The notes beneath the pieces were generated by a model, which saw only the letters and a list, made by a program, of their open reading frames with translations, was not told the DNA's origin and did no database searches. From Pseudovirgaria hyperparasitica (lineage: Eukaryota), in NCBI GenBank assembly GCA_010093815.1, contig ML996566.1: 64,000 nt of DNA. The stretch is one strand, 5' to 3'. Positions 60,084-64,000 of the stretch are shown here, one piece after another. The stretch's first letter is position 1; each line of letters opens with the position of its first letter. The translations under genes were made by a program, and so were the position numbers.

Positions 60084-63000
60084 ATGGCTTCCAATGCATG
60101 GCTGGATGATCTATCAGAAGATTGGATACCACAGCCTCGCTCTTCATCCTCAACTGCACCATCTTCTCCTCTGCCCAACTCGACGACTCACAATGCGGTT
60201 GACTTACCCACGCAGAACCGAAGCCGAATACCGCGATTAAGGACTTCTTCGGGCGCTCTCATCGCCAAAAAAACATCTACTCCTTCTAGTAAATGTCCTA
60301 CGGGTGCAATACGCCGAAAAAGCGCGCTTGCGGAGAGGAGTCTTAGTGAGGACAACATACAACTAGAGCCCTCCTCCGATTTGACAGATACGAACGCGGA
60401 TCAAAACCGACAGGCATCCCGATCTTATTCTGCGGCATCAATATCATCAGTTCTGCGCAATGGTACGGTAGAGCAGAAATCAGTAACAAGACCTCTGGGT
60501 AGATCGGGAAAGCTCCAGGACACACCCGAATGGCGAAGAAGACTTCTGAAGGGCGAAATGGGATATGGAGACCAGAAGGACCTCTTCAGTCCTATGGGAA
60601 TTGAGAAAATATTCGACCCCACAAAATCGGCTGAAAAAGCACTGCCCGTGACAAGACGTAGACCGGATTATTTCAACTCCAGCGCCATACCTTCGAGCCC
60701 ACCCCCATGGCCTTCACGTCCTTCCAAACCACAGCGTCCAACTGCTGTCCAACTAGCGCAATCGAACGAGGAATGTGAGCACGAGTCAAGTGGTCATATC
60801 CTTGAGGGTGAAATTGAAAAGGAGGACTTTACTCATGATGTGCATGAAGCTATTGGGGAGCAAAGCCTGTCTGAGTTAATGCAGAAGGTAGGAAGAAAAG
60901 AGCTACCATCGTTGCTTGACTCTGGAATTTCAAGCACTGCTTCTGGTGATATCGAACTGCGCAATGAGGAGTTCAGCCCAGTATATTTATCCAAGAACAA
61001 CACGATCGACGATCGCTTGCAACATGGCGGGTTCGAAAATGCAAACTCACAACTCACGGATAGTCTTGGGCAGCTCCAGTCCGATCGTATAGAGTTCGAA
61101 GCAACTCATTCCGATGCAGCCAGATACCAAGAGAGCATGGAAGGGTCTTCGTTGGCGAAGATACAAAATATGACACTCCCGGAAGATCTACCTGTAGGGA
61201 CTCCTGAGGTTGCTAAGGCCCTGGGCAACTTTGTGACTACCAGGAGAGGAGGCTATTCCGCAGATGGCTCCTTTGCTCGTCGACCGCTAAGCTCCACACC
61301 ACCTCTTTCGAATACGAATTCTCGAATGGAAGAAAGCCGCCAGCTAACCACTGCTTTGGCACAAACACCTCGACCAAGCTCGGGGAAGACGTCGGTCCAA
61401 AAGTCTGTCCCACCGCGCGCACCTAGTCCTCCTTCGACAGTTTGCAGTCCTCGCCGTGACTCTCAGCGTGATGATCCTAGCGCAAACCAAAGTCGAACCT
61501 CGGGAAGTCCTCTGAAACTGTTTGGGGACCACGATACATTCACAGCTAACAGATTGCATCGACGTCTTAGTCAGCTCGAGCTTGGTGCAGACTCTCGAGG
61601 TCCACAACAAAGCTTGCATGCATCTCTTCCGAAACTAGGCGTTCCTTCGCGTCTCACTTCAGTAGAGGAAATGAGCTTCAGTCGTGAAGATGCCACAAGT
61701 CCTGATATGTCAACCAAAGCAGCACGAAGTCACTTTGAGTCCAGATTGACTTCTTTTGGTACAGGGGTACTCGAAGGCTATGAATTTCCTGGAGAGATAT
61801 CGATTATGTCGGAAAGCTATCAAGACGACTTAGACGATAGCCACAGCTCATCTCCCAGCGCAACGGTAGCACCACCTGGATCACAACCGCAGTTTCGATT
61901 TCGCCTCGACGGAAGCTTCACGCATGGATCGAACGCACAAGGAAAACGCATAATATCGCAAGGAAGTTCCAGAGTTGATACGACTTCGATGAAACAGCTG
62001 AGGCAGCTGAGGTCTCCGAAATTACGGTCTTGCGTTCTTGAGCAAGTCGAGCATCTTGTCGGACACAAAGAAGACAATCGAAATACAGACGGCAAGCGGC
62101 CACCAACATCACCAGCTAAGAATCCCACTCCGAAACGGCGAAGAACATTGCACAACGCAGAGCTTCCAGAAGTCTCGGACGCTGTGACAGAGGGCGTCCT
62201 GGAGAAGAGTGCAGTGATCCAAAGCGTCATTGGTAAGAGAAAGGATGCACGGCGAGGGTTGGAAAATAATGTGGCAGACCCAAATATACTGGCCAAGCGT
62301 CACATACTACGGCCTCGTAATCCAACGCCAAGTCAAAAACGGCGTGACGAAATACAAGCAGAAGTACTTGAAGCTACTGAAGCATTCCTGCAAAGCTCTC
62401 CCACACAGCTTCAGGCGATCTGCGAAGACATAGATGCGTCAGAGCTGCAGGGTAGTGGCTCAGACCAGATTACCGCAGTAGCTGTGGCTAATGAAGTCGC
62501 TTCCTTTACGCTGAACGTACAGGCCGCAAATGACAATTGTCGAAAACGCTCGGTGACTACTCAGGACTTTCTGGATGAGGCTATGCAGATCATGGAATTC
62601 ATTCGTACTAAAGGCAGGCCGATGAGTGGCCTGGGAAGCCTTGAAGAGTCCGAGTCCGAACATGCAGGTGACGACGGAACAGAGCTGAAGATGCCAGGCT
62701 CGCCGCTGACATTCTCCCGACCTGCCAGCCGGAATGGACCTCAAGGTGCATGGCGAAATCCTCAAGCACATGTATATGACCAACACACTCTTAGTCACCT
62801 GCGCAGGTACAAAGAAGGAAGTTCCGAATTCATGCCGGCTTCAATCCAGTCCTTTCAGAATCAAGGAAACAACTCCAACACAACCCAGGAGAACACTCTA
62901 GAGAATATTCAGCAAGGCAACATCAGAATACGCGAACCCTTGAAATCACAGGGCGCCCACGAATCTGGGGTCTTAACACAGAATTCGCAGTCATTTCAGA

Positions 63001-64000
63001 ATACTGTGCCATCATATGATTCCTCGGCGGGTGGTAGGAGTGTTGCTACAACCACTTCCAAGCGGTCTGAGATGGTCGCGACGCTTGCACCACAAGCAGT
63101 CGCACATCTCATTCCGGAAGAAGTAGCAGGTATGACATACGACAGAGAGCGCGGCGTATGGGTCAAGAAGAGAACACATGCTACAGAAAGACCCAGCGAG
63201 GTTAGCATAGAAAGCGAGGAAGACCCGTTCAAGAACATACCTGATTTGACAGTCGATGAAATCAGAGAGATACAAAACGTTTCAGGCAGTAGACCTGACG
63301 ACCTGAGATTTCTATCTGGTGTGTCCGGTAAAGACTTCATACATTCCTCGACCGAGGATGCGTCACAAGAGGAAAGTCGAGTCCAGACGATACGCGCGGT
63401 CCATGTCGCCCTTTCAGCGTCGTCCAGCACCGTCAACTCCAAGCCTGTCTTTTTTTCGTCCAGCACAGACCCAATCGAGACACGAGCCACGTCGTGGAGT
63501 GAACAAGAAATGATCAATCAAGCTCGCAAGCAGGCCGGGGCGCTACCAATGGACCCAACGTATAACGTTCGCACGGAAGATTTTGAGCACGAGATTCGCA
63601 TAGACGAAGGCCGGAACGAGTCTCCGAGGCGTATGAACGGACAAAGGCTTCGGGACGTAACAATCACTTTTACCTCGCCAGTCGTCTCTCAAATTCCGAC
63701 TAACAGCTATCTTGCACCGGAAAGTGAACGGAGAAATCGCTTTGGCCTATCGCAGCACTACAAGCAGGCCTCGGCTCAAACACTTACTCGCAAGTCCTTC
63801 AACCATATCCAGAGACAATGCGAACCTATGCCCGCAGAAGACGGATATAGCGAAGTGTCTTTTCTTGCTGATCGATCGGATCCTCGTCGAACTTTGTTCT
63901 CGCTTAATGTTTCCAATACTCTTGCTCGTCGTCAGCATGCTTTAATGCCCCCTCCCAGTTCACCTAGCCGAGCAGATGTCACGTTCTTGCTTAGTGATCT
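60084..64000 (+). CDS. cdc11: Septation-initiation-network/SPB scaffold Cdc11/Nud1/SepK (5' part; runs off the window)
   Basis: Missing from the ORF track, presumably because it has no stop in the window. Starts MASNAWLDDLSEDWIPQPRS; contains TPEWRRRLLKGEMGYGDQKDLFSPMGIEKIF, SGSPLKLFGDHDTFT, RKRSVTTQDFLDEAMQIM, HLIPEEVAGMTYD, SEEDPFKNIPDLTVDE. The expected LRRs would lie beyond the window. Confidence 0.75.
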   Translation, partial: MASNAWLDDLSEDWIPQPRSSSSTAPSSPLPNSTTHNAVDLPTQNRSRIPRLRTSSGALIAKKTSTPSSKCPTGAIRRKSALAERSLSEDNIQLEPSSDLTDTNADQNRQASRSYSAASISSVLRNGTVEQKSVTRPLGRSGKLQDTPEWRRRLLKGEMGYGDQKDLFSPMGIEKIFDPTKSAEKALPVTRRRPDYFNSSAIPSSPPPWPSRPSKPQRPTAVQLAQSNEECEHESSGHILEGEIEKEDFTHDVHEAIGEQSLSELMQKVGRKELPSLLDSGISSTASGDIELRNEEFSPVYLSKNNTIDDRLQHGGFENANSQLTDSLGQLQSDRIEFEATHSDAARYQESMEGSSLAKIQNMTLPEDLPVGTPEVAKALGNFVTTRRGGYSADGSFARRPLSSTPPLSNTNSRMEESRQLTTALAQTPRPSSGKTSVQKSVPPRAPSPPSTVCSPRRDSQRDDPSANQSRTSGSPLKLFGDHDTFTANRLHRRLSQLELGADSRGPQQSLHASLPKLGVPSRLTSVEEMSFSREDATSPDMSTKAARSHFESRLTSFGTGVLEGYEFPGEISIMSESYQDDLDDSHSSSPSATVAPPGSQPQFRFRLDGSFTHGSNAQGKRIISQGSSRVDTTSMKQLRQLRSPKLRSCVLEQVEHLVGHKEDNRNTDGKRPPTSPAKNPTPKRRRTLHNAELPEVSDAVTEGVLEKSAVIQSVIGKRKDARRGLENNVADPNILAKRHILRPRNPTPSQKRRDEIQAEVLEATEAFLQSSPTQLQAICEDIDASELQGSGSDQITAVAVANEVASFTLNVQAANDNCRKRSVTTQDFLDEAMQIMEFIRTKGRPMSGLGSLEESESEHAGDDGTELKMPGSPLTFSRPASRNGPQGAWRNPQAHVYDQHTLSHLRRYKEGSSEFMPASIQSFQNQGNNSNTTQENTLENIQQGNIRIREPLKSQGAHESGVLTQNSQSFQNTVPSYDSSAGGRSVATTTSKRSEMVATLAPQAVAHLIPEEVAGMTYDRERGVWVKKRTHATERPSEVSIESEEDPFKNIPDLTVDEIREIQNVSGSRPDDLRFLSGVSGKDFIHSSTEDASQEESRVQTIRAVHVALSASSSTVNSKPVFFSSSTDPIETRATSWSEQEMINQARKQAGALPMDPTYNVRTEDFEHEIRIDEGRNESPRRMNGQRLRDVTITFTSPVVSQIPTNSYLAPESERRNRFGLSQHYKQASAQTLTRKSFNHIQRQCEPMPAEDGYSEVSFLADRSDPRRTLFSLNVSNTLARRQHALMPPPSSPSRADVTFLLSD

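Noticed and set aside
60343..63945. Short ORFs listed near the window end
   Set aside because: All overlap the long plus-strand Cdc11/SepK frame that runs off the window.

Overview
Eukaryotic fungal nuclear DNA (filamentous ascomycete, Pezizomycotina; Dothideomycete-like by inference), with short GT-AG introns and mostly CTRAY branch points. Positions 1-4500 are non-coding: microsatellites with fold-back arms and a TpA-rich patch. About 4.6-10.9 kb is an accessory-looking block holding a small secreted Cys-rich protein, a ~1.2-kb heavily base-paired ORF-less segment with a terminal intron (candidate large structured ncRNA, the most intriguing signal here), a C2H2-repeat plus 3CxxC zinc-finger protein and a tandem SUMO-like-domain protein. 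From 11 kb on is a gene-dense core region: tubulin cofactor E (PAC2), ERB1, a bHLH factor, a DHA1 MFS transporter, an HRI-like eIF2alpha kinase, an amino-acid permease, an EthA-like monooxygenase, HSP10, a TilS-like PP-loop enzyme, RAD51, NUP120, a UBE2S-like E2, SHE4/CRO1, KCS1, the 5' part of a Cdc11/Nud1/SepK scaffold, and several hypothetical genes. No rRNA, tRNA, CRISPR array or intact transposon was recognised. All gene models were spliced by eye and all family assignments are from recalled motifs, not database searches.
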